A stretch of 62,533 nucleotides of DNA, the filler included, from Basidiobolus ranarum (taxonomy: Eukaryota), in the NCBI GenBank assembly GCA_040143965.1. It is 39 parts of 39 records of this genome, joined end to end, with 100 filler letters (N's around TTAATTAATTAA, not from the genome) between each part and the next. Parts side by side here need not be neighbours in the genome. Positions count along the whole stretch, not along the records: positions 49,827 to 51,328 come from JASJQH010011869.1; positions 51,429 to 52,929 come from JASJQH010011870.1; positions 53,030 to 54,530 come from JASJQH010011871.1; positions 54,631 to 56,131 come from JASJQH010011872.1; positions 56,232 to 57,732 come from JASJQH010011873.1; positions 57,833 to 59,333 come from JASJQH010011874.1; positions 59,434 to 60,933 come from JASJQH010011875.1; positions 61,034 to 62,533 come from JASJQH010011876.1; 31 more parts are not named here. One strand, written 5' to 3'. Of this stretch, positions 49,827-62,533 are shown one piece after another. Under the pieces are notes generated by a model. That model saw only the letters and a list, made by a program, of their open reading frames with translations, searched no databases and was not told where the DNA came from. How positions within the stretch are numbered: position 1 is the stretch's first letter; each line of letters starts with the position of its first letter. The position numbers and the translations under genes are program-made.

Positions 49827-50751
49827 TCTTGACAAAACTATAAATGTCAACTTTCTACTCAATAAATCAACAAGTGAAAACCACCAATTCCTCTAATTCT
49901 CCAAACCACTTCCAACAGGCTCCCAAATACTTTAACACTAACTATTTCATATATCACATATAAGTTAACATTATTTAGTCAAATATCACTTAACTGCAAA
50001 TTGGAATATGTATTTTATATATGTGAATATTGTGAGAATTAGCAATTCCATATTGGAAATTTCAAAAATTGTGCAAATAGCCCCAAAGATAGCTCATTTT
50101 ATTCCCACAGATGTTCTGAACACAACCCCAGTGTTAGTTTTCTGTATTTTGCTCAAAATGTATAAATGCTTTATTTCTGGACAAGAAATAATTATCTCAC
50201 AAAAGCTATTCACAACTGTACTTTTCTAAAGTTCCTCTAAACAGACCATATTTTCCCAAAAAACACTGTATTTACATCCACAGAATTGGATTATATTGGT
50301 CATCAAGTTAAGTATGGATATGCTCCAGTTTTGTCACAATATATTAAAAGATTGATGTCATGATTATTACTTTGTTTAGATTTGTATACAAACTAAATAA
50401 AGTGTACCCCACTTGGTGCTTTTCATCCCCCTAACGCTAACCCTAATATTCAGGAGAATATATCACAGAAACTAGGGATTTCAAAGGTGACAAATTAGAA
50501 TTCAATGGGTTAATGCATAAAATTTGAGTTACATTTTTCACAGATGTTGTTGATCCATAGCTTTCTGAGACTATAGCCAATCATGTGCAACTCTTTTGCA
50601 TGATCTTCAAATTTTGCTCCTGAAACTGAAAAAATTGATTAAAATTAAATCTAACTTGACAATTTTATGATGGTGAGTATATAGTCAATCCAAAATGGTT
50701 TAAAATTGTGATGGTTTTATTTTGATAATGATCTTCAAATTTCTGTTAAGC
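49827..50751 (+). mobile_element. LTR-A end, LTR-C body, CMC ORF2 end and terminus A
   Basis: CCCAAATACTTTAACA; CATATTTTCCCAA; CAAATTTCTGTTAAG. Confidence 0.78.
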
Positions 50752-51244
50752 ATTATGTCCTGGAGAGGTTCCCACTTGACTGATCTTTCATCTTGCTTGT
50801 GAATACTGCTAGGAGATCTTGAAGTTGGAAAGTTCACTTCTTTATAGAACAAGCTGAGAAGCCCTTGCTTGCCTAGAGGGAATACTTAGTGGACCTTTGA
50901 CAACAATATCTCCAGAAACTCACTCCTTTTATGTTTTATGTTAATCCTGGTCTCATTCCACTAATTTCTATTAATGACATACCATTTTTGCCATTTTTGC
51001 TCCTTCCCACTCCACTTAACAGTGTCTTAGACTCTACTGACTTAACTTCTCTACTTTGCAACATTCATACCAATACTCCAGAACTTCACACTTGAATTAC
51101 AAAACTATAAAAGTATCTACAGCTTCTTTGTTTTTTTCAAATAAAGATTCCACCTGTTGGTGACTGTCTCCCACTAATCCTGCTCACATTTGTAGTATGC
51201 ATTGGAAGGTGTACAGTCTATTGAAATTATTTAGGGAGAAATAT

Positions 51245-51317
51245 TGGTCTGGCCAGGATTTGAACCTGGGGCCTCCTTCACTCTAGCAAGGTGCTCTAAC
51301 CACTGAGCTACCAGTCC
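51245..51317 (-). tRNA. tRNA-like sequence, second full copy
   Basis: One substitution (variable loop) relative to 3235-3307; both flanks shared. Confidence 0.8.
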
Positions 51318-51428
51318 TTGTATGCTATNNNNNNNNNNNNNNNNNNNNNNNNNNNNNNNNNNNNNNNNNNNNTTAATTAATTAANNNNNNNNNNNNNNNN
51401 NNNNNNNNNNNNNNNNNNNNNNNNNNNN

Positions 51429-52929
51429 ACAGTATCTTGACTTATGGAAGTGTTACAAAACTTTGATGCAAAGTACAGTCAGTGGACTCAGTGGGCAAAA
51501 CTAAAGTTGATTTTGAGGACTTATTATTGTTGATATTCACCAGGCTTTGTGCAGCTGGTGTCTTTATACAGTGTCTGTGCTTGTTATTATTTTTTCTATA
51601 AAGCCTCCAGCTTTCATAGTACAGGAATTTGTGACAATACTAGTAGTGTTTCTTTAAATGTTTGTGTTGCAGCATGCAAAGGATATTGTGGAAAAATGAA
51701 CACCTATTACACAAGGGTGGTATCTTAGGGATAGCCTATCAATATCATCAGCTGATTCTGAGACAGTATCACAGATGAGTTGTCTGGGGATTCACAAGAT
51801 ATTTCCAGTAATGAATGGCAATGTTGGTTTATTATAAGCTGTTTCTAAGCAATTTCATTACACCAAGTTTGCCATCTGAAAATTTCAAAACCATTCAAAA
51901 AGCATTCAAAACCTAAATCAAAATCAGCTTCAAAGCCAAAGCCTGCAGGCACAAAAGGAAAAAAACCAGCAAGCACAGAGGACTTGATTGATGAGCAGTC
52001 TAGCAATACACTATCCACTTTGGAAGGTATTAATATGCTGGAAACTAACTCAAGTAATGATGAAGCATTAATCAATTTACCAGATGTGTTCCTTTCCAGA
52101 GATAGTGCAAGTGAAGAGATTGTAATCCCCCAATTACATAGTAAATCAATAGTTGAGCAATGTTCAACCAAGACACCATAAAGACCATCAACTTCCAGAG
52201 TGGCTACTTTGCCCAATATTGAACAACCTTCCACAGAAGATTTTGATAGAATTATTACAACAAGGGAATTTTAGACAGAACACCATGATGATTTGTATGC
52301 AATCATAAGTAAAAAATACAAAGTTGCTATACAGGTCATGACAAGTAATAATGCTGCAATATTGCAATTAATGCAGTGCTTGGAGACAGCTAGTCAACAG
52401 TTAGAGAGTCACTCAACAATGATACAAGACCTTCAGAATGCTGTACTTGAGCTACAGCAACATGCTGCTCCCTCCATCCATTCTCATACAGAATTTCATG
52501 CAATCCCACACCTTACATAATGAACATCACCATGAAAATCTAGCAGAGCAGAGTAGGGGTAAGACTATTAAGCCTACACAATCACCTGAAATTGCTTGGG
52601 CACATGAAAGTAGAAATCTCATAGGAAAACCAGCAAACCAAGAGACTCTGCATGTCAGAGCTGCTGTCACTTGCTCTGATGATGAGTAGTTTAACATTTT
52701 AGAAATTGTGTAGAATCTTACCCAAAATCACCTGGATTTGAGTCAATTGTGGAAAAATCCAAAAACCAAGCATTACTCTGAAGGTTCTTGACTTATTTCA
52801 TGTGGCTTATCTTGGGTTTTTGCAAGCAAATGCCAATTGGCCTAGTATAGGCCTATTCACAAAACATCTCAAAAATATACGCAATTATTGACTTGGAAAA
52901 GAAAGAAAAGCAGCTAGAGAAGTAATTAA
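51429..52929. mobile_element. CMC divergent pair: transposase start (-, ATG 51675) and ORF2 (+, from about 51888)
   Basis: PFKKHSKPKSK...LQLMQCLETASQQLESHSTMIQDLQNAVLELQQ. Confidence 0.82.
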
Positions 52930-53083
52930 NNNNNNNNNNNNNNNNNNNNNNNNNNNNNNNNNNNNNNNNNNNNTTAATTAATTAANNNNNNNNNNNNNNN
53001 NNNNNNNNNNNNNNNNNNNNNNNNNNNNNGTTGAGTGACTCTCTAACTGTTGACTAGTTGCTTCCAAATGCTGCATTAATACT

Positions 53084-53790
53084 CCCTAATAAAAATACAA
53101 TTGATTTGAACCGGATTGGATCCACTCTACAAAAAAGCAAAACTGTCAGAGAACCATCAAAATATAGATGGCTTCATTCTGTCAGGGATTTTGATGGTGT
53201 TATGGCAGTTTCTTGTCAGTATTTTGATAGTATTCAAACATGTTAAGATATTGATCATCATTTTTGGCATGCATTATTCAATATTGGCAAATTTTTGCAA
53301 AAATCTAATTTTCAAATGGCAAATCACTGGGTTTACTGCTGTAGGTATTTGAATGAATATGCATGCCTTCATTTAGATATTTTAGGCTTTGTATTCCAGC
53401 CATAATGAGAATCAAAAAAACATGAATCTTGTTGTGTTTAGCCTCCACATATGCATGTACTTGACAGATTAGATATAACTCCACAACATCAATATGCTTT
53501 ACCAGCAAACCAACATTGGAAACATTCCTAAACATCTGAAATTTTGAATAGCACTGACACTTGGCAAATAGCTGACTTTTGTTACCATTCACAATGAGAA
53601 TAAGCTCTTGGATTTTGGCAAATTTCAATAAAGAATTCAGCCAATATATCCTCAACTTGTAGTCAACATATGTCCTGCCACAAGTAGATGTGTCATCGCT
53701 TGAATAAAATATCCCATAGCTAAAACAATAATACTGCATATCTTGATCTATCTCACCAAGAAGTCTGTGTTAAAGCTTTCCTAAAATACC
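53084..53790 (-). mobile_element. CMC terminus B and transposase C-terminus
   Basis: CCCTAATAAAAAT; ORF 53305-53739 homologous to 6533-6930. Confidence 0.75.
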
Positions 53791-54630
53791 ATTATAGTGG
53801 GATAGCATTGCTACCCACTGGCAGGTTGACTCATTTCCACTCCAAGCTCATATCATTACAATTGCACTATTTCTATTTTATTATCCATATTTGACTTACC
53901 CATATTTTCTAGTCAATCATATCACAACATTAGTATTATCCCCTATTATTTCAGATTTATCAGTATTAACCCCCATTAGCCCTATTATTTTCTGGAAAAT
54001 TCAACTATCTTCCATAACATTCCACAAGATTCTTGGAATATTTGATGATTGATTGAGTTTTGTCCAATCAAAACTTGATTTTGCAAGAACATTCCATGGC
54101 TTTCTGGGTTATTCTACAATCTTTTGGAGCATTCCATAGATTACTAACCTTATGATTTATGATGATATCATAACCCCAGATCCCCACCAATAGCATTCTC
54201 TGGAACTTTCCGGAAATTCTCATTAGTAATCATATCTATCTTCAGAAAAGTAAAAACAGGAGCCTTATCTTTTCAAATAAAAATCATCCTGGTTTTTAAC
54301 TAACAATTACTACTTGTGATCACCCCTCATTTTCATCACTGCTTATGAGACCTTTGAAGAGGAAGCTCAAGAGAGAATACTAGGGGCAGTTACAGGCTAC
54401 TGTGTGACTAGAAAGGACTTGACCAGCTCAAAGGAAGTACAGACAGGTAGGTGTTATATTTCTGATACTTTATATTTTTCCCTAGCTTTGTCTGCATAGG
54501 CAAGGAACTTTTCATATCCTTGGATACATCNNNNNNNNNNNNNNNNNNNNNNNNNNNNNNNNNNNNNNNNNNNNTTAATTAATTAANNNNNNNNNNNNNN
54601 NNNNNNNNNNNNNNNNNNNNNNNNNNNNNN

Positions 54631-55185
54631 GAAATTACTAGAAACAGCTTATGATAAACCAAAATTGCCATATATTACCAGAAATATCTTTTAAATCCCC
54701 TGATGACTCATCTGTGACACCGTCTCAGAATCAGCCTATGATATTGATGGGCTATACCTAAAATATCACCCATACATGGAAGGTGTTCTTTTATCTACAA
54801 TATCCTTCTCATGCCGCAACACAAATGTTTAAAGAAGCCCTGCTATTATTGTTGCCAATTCTTGTGCTATGAAAGCCGGAGGCTTCATGGAAGCAATAAT
54901 CACAAGCATGGTCACTGTACAAAGCTACCAAGGGCATGTATATTAACTCAAATTCTTACAGCAGTTAACCCAGTAATTGGCCATTCAAAAATTATATTTT
55001 TGCAAAAATTGCCAGTAATTAAAAAGCATGCCATATAATTGCATGAATTCCATCAAGAAACTGTTGTCCTACCATCAAAATTGCTGGCGGAATGCAAGCC
55101 ACCAATATTGTGACAGTTCTCTGATGGTTTTGCAATTTTAAAGGGTGGATCCAATTTGGATCAAATCAATTTAATTTTGTTAGAG
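54631..55185 (+). mobile_element. Deleted CMC derivative: transposase start (54811) joined directly to terminus B
   Basis: MPQHKCLKKPCYYCC runs into subterminal B, ending TTTTGTTAGAG. Confidence 0.75.
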
Positions 55186-55714
55186 TTAAATGTGACAACT
55201 AGTTGTTTGAAAGACAACAACAAAGAAAGTCAGCACCTTTCTACTCTCCCACTTCAACTACTTTCCAAGCTCATTCCCTTCTAATATAAAATACAACTCA
55301 AGCAGATGACCCAATGAAAATTGATGGAACTTGGTTTAGAAAGCTTAGCCCTGTGGAGGAAAATTCATGCCATCAAGTGAACCTATGCCTCTATTGTGGA
55401 GCACCTGGACATGTAGCCAGAAACTGTCCAAAAAACAATCCTGATTTAAGATCAACAACAGGCAAGCAGAAGAGAACTCTCCTCATCCATTAGAAAACTT
55501 CGATGCCTAGCTGCAATAAGAGGCATGCAGTTAGGCCAACCACTGTCAAAAATGCTTCTTCATCATACATTGCAATCTCTGCAGTCATACCAGTCATTGA
55601 AGCTGCCCATTACAATCATGCTACCCAATTCCTAGTCAATAAAGCAACTGCACTTCTTGATTTTAGTACTTGCTCCAGTTTCATTGACTCTGCCTTTGTC
55701 AAATTCAACTCTAT
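55186..55714 (+). mobile_element. Ty3/gypsy gag knuckle and protease fragment
   Basis: DDPMKID...LCLYCGAPGHVARNCP; ALLDFSTCSSFID. Confidence 0.85.
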
Positions 55715-56131
55715 CCCAAACAAAAGTAAAATAAATTTGATCTGGATTGGATCCATCCTTCAGGATTGCAGAACCTTCAGAGAATCATCACAATATTGGC
55801 AGCATGCATTCTGGCAGGGATTGTGATGGTAAGACAGTGGCTTCATGATGGTATTTTGATGGTATTCATACATAGTGGAAAATTGATATTCATATTTGGC
55901 ATGTGTTATTTCACTTCCAACAATTTTTGCAAAAAACTAATTTTCAAATAGCAAATTGCTGGGTTAACTGTTGTAGGAATTTAAATTAATATGCATGCCT
56001 TTATTTATGTTAAAATTAGATAAATAGCAACTCATTATTTAGTAGTTAGTTTATTCATATTCTGATTATTTAGTACTCAGTTCTGTCATTCAAAAACGTG
56101 TGTTTATTGCTCTAATTGATAGAAATATCAA
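55715..56131. mobile_element. CMC terminus B, then LTR-B (56008)
   Basis: CCCAAACAAAAG; TGTTAAAATTAGATAAATAGC. Confidence 0.78.
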
Positions 56132-56231
56132 NNNNNNNNNNNNNNNNNNNNNNNNNNNNNNNNNNNNNNNNNNNNTTAATTAATTAANNNNNNNNNNNNN
56201 NNNNNNNNNNNNNNNNNNNNNNNNNNNNNNN

Positions 56232-56472
56232 TGACATTTATAGTTTTGTCAAGATGTAAGCAAACTAATGTGTAGAATGTGTTAAGGAAGGTCCCAGGAA
56301 CATGTGTGCAAAGTTTGGGGCTTCTAGCACAAGTTTGAAAAATCTATATATCTAAGAACTTCTAAGTAAATACCAATTGAGAATAATGGATAACATCTTA
56401 GTGAATTATAAGATAACTAAGTACTAAGCTATATATGACTATATAGGTGCTTAGGCAATGCTAATTTCAACA
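56232..56472 (-). repeat. LTR family A
   Basis: Ends GGCAATGCTAATTTCAACA. Confidence 0.88.
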
Positions 56473-57177
56473 GCTACAGCATCCCTGCGCAAAAGAATAA
56501 GCGTTTACTTGAGATGACTGGTTTAGAAAAGGGAGTATAGACAAAGTTACCAATGGGGCCCTGAAGACTGTAAATAGAACTAAAGATCGCGTTATTATTG
56601 GTGGAATAACCTACTGCAATAACAAACTTTAGCTGTCGTCCAGGCTTGTACACCTCCATTATAATTGTTCCTTCGCTGTAAAATAATAACTAGATACAGT
56701 TTGGACATCATAGAAGAAAACAAATGAAAAAGAAAATGCACTAATCAGTGATTAAGTTTAAGACCCCACAATTCTTGGAGTTAAATTTCGCTTAGGGTTA
56801 AGGTTTATCAACAATATTGGTAAGTAGATTTCCTAAAGAGTGATAATGAGGACTGTTCTAATGATGGCTGCTTTGCCGTTCAGTATAATATCCCATGAAT
56901 AGATTGATTAGAGTTAAACATGAATGGAAATCATCAGACGACCACACCAGATCCTAATTGGGCATACTTATTCTCTCTACCACTATATCTTTGGTTCACA
57001 CTCATGCCTTGGAAACAGCAATAAAGCTTTTGATCGCTCAGAAAACTGTTAACCTAGGTTGGTGATATATGTTTACTCTACCGTAACAATACTGTTCTTG
57101 AAAACCATAGAAATCATATTTTCCAAATGTTTATTTAATTGATAAATATAAGATACAGGCCGCTGTGTCATATAAAA

Positions 57178-57732
57178 CTAAGAATGATATACAAACGTAG
57201 CGACAAATATTCCATAGAATTGCTGAGCAATTATCATGCCAGTAAAAGCTATCAGGCCACCAAGCAAGCCGCTTTGGAGATTAAAGCTGAAGGACGTTGT
57301 TTGAGGAGCATGTAGGCCAAAAGAGTTGGGGATATCGGAGTCATCCTTTGTATAATATTTGGCAAAGAAGTCATTCTGTAGCCGCAGAACTTTATTAAAT
57401 GCCAAAACAACTCGAAGCTCGTATTCTCTCTCTAGTTTTAGTGTGCTTACTGCCCAAATCAAAGTGGATTCAACAAAATCAAGAAGAGCAGAAATATGGA
57501 TGTATTCTACACTAATCTTGGACTTCTTTCCGGGGATATCAGTGTGAATCTTTGCAACCCAATCCAGGTATTTGCTCATATGCTCATCATAAGGGTTTAT
57601 CAAGAGACGACTAATAGAGCACGTCAACACATCCTTTCGATACTTTATCTGCGAGCTATTCACATCAAGTTCACAAATGTCCTCAACAATCTTCCCGGCA
57701 TAATCTTCGTGGCGAGTAGCCATGGTTTGCCA
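57178..57732 (-). CDS. Fungal protoglobin (globin-sensor) domain protein, 5' truncated, hydrophobic C-terminal tail
   Basis: QIKYRKD, YLDWVAKIHT, VEYIHISALLDFVE, AFNKVLRLQNDFFAKYY. Confidence 0.8.
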   Translation of the reverse strand, partial: WQTMATRHEDYAGKIVEDICELDVNSSQIKYRKDVLTCSISRLLINPYDEHMSKYLDWVAKIHTDIPGKKSKISVEYIHISALLDFVESTLIWAVSTLKLEREYELRVVLAFNKVLRLQNDFFAKYYTKDDSDIPNSFGLHAPQTTSFSFNLQSGLLGGLIAFTGMIIAQQFYGIFVATFVYHS

Positions 57733-57843
57733 NNNNNNNNNNNNNNNNNNNNNNNNNNNNNNNNNNNNNNNNNNNNTTAATTAATTAANNNNNNNNNNNN
57801 NNNNNNNNNNNNNNNNNNNNNNNNNNNNNNNNTTAAGGGAAGG

Positions 57844-58160
57844 TGTTGGATAATTAATCTTTATTCAACATCTTAGTTAACTTTAGTTATGATACATATA
57901 TCAGAAACAGAAAGCAACGTATCTATAGCCCCTATATTCTAAAGAGGAATATCTCTATATCTATATAACAAGTATGTCTTATTATCCCCGCTTATCTATT
58001 ATATCTTATTACACAAACTCCTGAATATCTCAGACAATTGATTTACTCTTCTACTATATAAGTCACCATATACTCTTAAGAATAAACTAACTAAAACACA
58101 CTATCATCAGTGGCTTCTAATACTCAAAGTCTAACCCCATTATGTCAAGATCCTCCAACA
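57844..58160 (+). repeat. Complete LTR family D (317 bp) preceded by a PPT
   Basis: AAGGGAAGG|TGTTGGA...TCCAACA. Confidence 0.88.
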
Positions 58161-58820
58161 AATTATGTATTTGGTAGACTTCTGGATGAAGATTCATGCA
58201 AATCAAGACTCAACCAAAAGAATGAAGAAAATGCTTTTATAAGCTATGGGAAACCTTCCTATTCAAGTCAAAAGTGCCTTAAGAAGAAAAGTAACACATT
58301 CTGTGATTACTGTAAAAGAACTGGCCATATGAGCAAAGATTGCTTTAAAAGAATTGCAAAAGAAAAATGTACTGAATCTGGAAATGTGGTTACAACAGAA
58401 GATCACTTGTTCATATCTGCTCTATCTATGACTATCAACAAGGATTCTCAGACATGGTGTATTGGTTCTGGAGCTTCCCAACATTTCACCAATGAAAAAC
58501 ATTGGTTTGTGGAATATGAAGAAATCCCAATTAGAAAGGTTTTCATGGGAGATGACCGCACATTGGACTCTATTGGAATGGGAACAATTCAAGTCAATTT
58601 AACTGGAGCTTCTGAAGAGAAAGTATATACTTTGAAGAATGTACTGCATGTTCCAGATATTGCCAATATCTTAATATCCATATGCAAGGCCACCTCAGAA
58701 TGGCCAAAATTCAATTTTGATAAGTCAGGATGCACCATCACTGATCAAAATGGGAATTATTTAGCTCCGGGAGAAAAGTATCAAAACTTATACAAACTTA
58801 CATATAATCCAAGAGGTTTA
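58161..58820 (+). mobile_element. Copia gag knuckle and protease
   Basis: CDYCKRTGHMSKDC; WCIGSGASQH; LKNVLHVP. Confidence 0.92.
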
Positions 58821-58822
58821 AA

Positions 58823-59333
58823 GTGTGTGAAATCTGTCCCAAAATCCCCTTGATTTTAGCAAATTGTAAAAAAACCAGAAACCAAGCATTACTTTGAATG
58901 TTCTTGACTTATTTCATGTGGGTTATCTGGGGTTTTGCAAGCAAATGGCAATTGGGCTAGTATAGACCTATTCATGAAACATCTCATAAATGTATGCAAT
59001 TATTGACTTGGAAATGAAAGAAAAGCAGCTAAAGAAGTACTCAAGCAGCAGGAAGTTGCTAAACCAAATCAAAAAGCAAAGGAGCTAGTAAATTTAAGTG
59101 CTACTATCCCACTTACCAAATTCTTCACACCATTACACAGATATGTATTTGCCAAGTTAGATATCCTGGCAAAAAACTTAATTTTACCATTTAACCTGGT
59201 ACACCAGTTGGAAGAGTGCTAAATTTGGAAGTTTCTCCAACACCTGGCACCTCTCAACAAGCCAAAACACCAGCAAATAGAACTCAAGGCTCTCCTACCT
59301 CAACTGATACTTTTCAAAGTTCTGAAACTAGCC
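58823..59333 (+). mobile_element. CMC ORF2 middle part
   Basis: Overlaps 52720-52929 and 13860-14183 (inverted). Confidence 0.72.
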
Positions 59334-59433
59334 NNNNNNNNNNNNNNNNNNNNNNNNNNNNNNNNNNNNNNNNNNNNTTAATTAATTAANNNNNNNNNNN
59401 NNNNNNNNNNNNNNNNNNNNNNNNNNNNNNNNN

Positions 59434-60681
59434 GCTTCTTGAGCTGATTCCAGGGTAGACAACATCTATCAGAAATTCAAGGCATTTGACAAGGTCTTCA
59501 GTGTTGATTGGTTTGAGAAGAACATCTTGATAGTTGTGTAGTTGGTTAAAGATTATTCCAAACATAGTATGGATTTTGGTCTTCATCTTGGTAAAGAACT
59601 GTCCCTAACCCAACATTAGATGCATCAGTAGCAACAAAGAAAGGCTTGGAAAAGTCAGGATAAGATAGAGTAGGAGCTAGAAGAAGCATTGTGCATTGTG
59701 AATCAAAGGCTTGATCATGTACTTTGGTCCAAACTGAGAGTAGGTTTCCATTATGCCATAAGGAATCAAGTGGTGCACTTAGAGTAGAGAAAAGTGGCAT
59801 ATATTCCCTGAAATAGTTGAAGACTACAAGGTAGTGTTGAAGCTGTTTAGTGGTAGTGGGCTTAGGCCAATCCTTGATGTTGACTAACTTGAAAGGATCC
59901 AATTGGTGGCCTGTAGGAGTAACAATAACACCAAGTAGATTGATTTTGAGGCAAGCAAAGCTTCATTTTTCAGCTTTCAGGATAAGTCCAGCAGAAGTAA
60001 GACTGTTTATAGTATCAGTAACATGGGTTGAATGATCAGCCCTATCAGTTGAGAAAATGATAAAATCATCAACATACATTAAGGCATAGCTAGCATCTTT
60101 GAGAATGATGGTCATAACTCTTTAAAACTTGCTGATCAGTCTCATGAGTCCAAAGGGTGCTCCTTGGAACATCTATTGCATGTTTCTCCATGTGAAAGCG
60201 GTCTTGTTTTGGTGGTCTGAATGAATCTGAAATTGGTGATAAGCATCTTTTAAATCCATTTTAGAAAATACTTGTGCTCCTGAGAGTGAGGAAAAGATGT
60301 CATTGAACCTAGGGATAGGAAATTTATCATCCTGTTGTTGTTTGTTTAGAGTTCTTGGATCTCAACATGCTCTTTTTAGCATAAGATTTCCTTCCAAATC
60401 CTTCTTTGGTGCTAAATTCAAAGTGCTGTCAAAGGTAGTGTTGACAGGTTTTTGAGTGATAATGCTATTATCAGCCCTTTTCTGTACCACTTCATCAACT
60501 AAAGGTTGTAGCATATGTGCACTTGGATATTGTCTTCTCCAAGTGGTTTCTCTAAGAGGTGTTTCCAAGGTAACAAGAGACTCTGGTTTTGTGCAGAAGC
60601 TGTTTTTTGGGATCTTCTGGTTTCTCTCAATTACAGGTTGAATGGCAACTTTGACAGAGTTGGCATATGCTTGGAAGGAAG
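59434..60681 (-). mobile_element. Ty3/gypsy RT and RNase H (decayed)
   Basis: FSKMDLKDAYHQ, KTAFTW, APFGL, YVDD, ATDASNVGLG; followed by CMC terminus A (60682) and LTR-C (60718-60933). Confidence 0.95.
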
Positions 60682-61033
60682 CCCTGACAGAAATTTGAGG
60701 ATTGTTATTGTAGGAAATGTTGAAGTTTATTGTCTTTGCCATATTTGTTATCTCTATCTTTATACACCTAACTATTTCATATATCACATATAAGTTAGTT
60801 AACATTACTTAGTCAAATATCGCTTAGCTGAAAATCGGAACATATATTATATATATATGTGAATAATGTGAGAATTAGCAATTCCATATTGGAAATTTCA
60901 AACTCATCCAAATTGCCCCAAAGATAGCTCATTNNNNNNNNNNNNNNNNNNNNNNNNNNNNNNNNNNNNNNNNNNNNTTAATTAATTAANNNNNNNNNNN
61001 NNNNNNNNNNNNNNNNNNNNNNNNNNNNNNNNN

Positions 61034-62533
61034 ATATTTGGATGGATTCATCAACACTTTAAGATGGGGAATCAATGGTATGTAAGCCAAATATGAATGA
61101 TATTTACCAGATTCCTTGATTGCAATTGTGTACAAACAGTACATGACTTCAGGTTTCTCAGATTACTAGTGAAAGTCAAGCAACCATTTGGACATGAAAG
61201 TAGTTTAATTACTGAAGGATTATTAGTCATAATGTTGACAAGTGCTTTCCACTTGTACCAGATCTGTGGCAAGCAACAGTTGCCAATCAACTGTGGTAAA
61301 AGTGTAAGAAAACCAATAAATACCTGGTTGCTAAGATTGGATTGAACTCTCCATTCCTCAATAATGAAAGTTGCTTCCTTTACAGTAAGTGTTGTGAGTG
61401 GACTAATTTTTGCCAATTACAAAGAGTCCATAACAAAACCATCATCTTCTTCTTCAACCTCAGATAGACTACCATTGGTTCTGGAATAACCAAGGTCAAT
61501 ATCTAGCAGGAAGTCCTCAAAATTGTCTGGACTCACTGTTTTGACCAAAGTTACATTTTGACCTACATCATTCTGGTCATGTAACTGTGGTTACTCCACA
61601 GTATCTTGACTTTTGGCAGTGTTACCAAAACTTAGAGGCAAACTACAGTTGGTTGACTTAATGGGCAAAACTAAAGTTGATTTAGTGTACTTATAACTGT
61701 TGTTATACACCAGGCTTTGTGCAGCTGGTGGCTTTGTACATCAACCATGCTTGTGCTAATTTTTTCTATGAAGCCTCTGGCTTTCATTGCACCAGACTTT
61801 GCAACAATAATAGCAGGGCTTCTTTAGATGCTTGTGTTGTGGCATGAGAAGGATATTGTCGCAAAAAGAAAACCTCCCACAAAAGGGTGGTATTTTAGGT
61901 ATGGCCCATCAATATCATTAGTTGATTCTGGGATGGTGTCACAGATGAGTCATCAGGGGATTTAGAAGATATTTCCAGTAATGAATGGCAATGATGGTTT
62001 ATTATAAGCTGTTTCTAAGCTACTTTATTACACCAAGTTTACCATCTGAAAATAATCAATGCTATTCAAAAAGTATTTAAAATCCAAGTCAAAATTGGCT
62101 TCCAAGCCAAAGCCTGCTGTCACAAAAGGAAAAAAACCAGCAGGAACAGAGGTTGTAATTGATGAGCAGTCTAGTAATCCCTATCCACTTTGGAAGGCAT
62201 TAACATGCTGGAAACTAACTCAAGTAATGATGAAGTATTAATCAATTTACCATATGTGTTCCTTTCCAGCAATAGGGCAAGTGAAGAGATTGCAATCCCC
62301 CAATTATGTAGTAAATCAATAGTTGAGCAAAGTTTAACCAAAACACCATCAAGACCATCAACTTCCAAAATGGCTACTTTGCCCACTATTGAACAACCCT
62401 CCATAGAAAATTTGGATCAAATTATTACAACAAGGGAATTGCAGGCAGAACACTGTAATGATTTGTATGCAATTATAAGTAAAAACTAAGAAGTACCTAT
62501 ACAGGCCATGACAAGCAATAACACCGCAATATT
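61034..62533. mobile_element. CMC divergent pair: transposase (-, ATG 61845, through CPNGC) and ORF2 (+, ATG 62059)
   Basis: Links the MPQHK N-terminus to the Transposase_21 region; same layout as contigs at 11275, 46621 and 51429. Confidence 0.87.

Noticed and set aside
53795-54530. Additional gypsy-type LTR or leader
   Set aside because: CpG-poor and TE-like, but single copy here, and its termini could not be defined
58110-58853. Intact 247-aa gene
   Set aside because: Chimeric frame that starts in LTR-D, runs through copia gag/protease (catalytic D to G) and ends in CMC DNA
1513-61033. Regularly spaced TTAATTAATTAA palindrome as a CRISPR-like or biological repeat
   Set aside because: Always embedded in N44 runs; it is a synthetic six-frame-stop linker

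Overview
This is not contiguous DNA. It is 39 short contigs, sorted by decreasing length (1512 to 1500 bp) and joined by 38 artificial 100-bp spacers (N44-TTAATTAATTAA-N44), so adjacency across spacers is meaningless. The source is an AT-rich eukaryote: it has GT-AG introns, TATA boxes, AA11 LPMO genes and a fungal-type protoglobin. It is most plausibly an early-diverging fungus (Basidiobolus-like; inference). About two thirds of the contigs are nested, decayed transposon debris: Ty1/copia elements (four recurring LTR families A-D, half-tRNAiMet PBS), Ty3/gypsy elements, and one abundant CMC/CACTA DNA transposon with CCCTAACA termini, a Transposase_21 gene and a divergent second ORF. These repeats are almost devoid of CpG. 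Host gene fragments are a secreted CAP protein, a secreted CHAP-domain protein, two tandem AA11 LPMO genes, an HSF-like factor, a bacterial-type MBL hydrolase, an SdsA1/BDS1-type alkyl sulfatase and a protoglobin. The best leads are a tRNA-like sequence embedded in an LTR-like repeat (3 copies), the secreted CHAP enzyme, the two-gene head-to-head CMC element, a decayed KEX2-type repeat peptide precursor and an 83-bp satellite with trimer higher-order structure.
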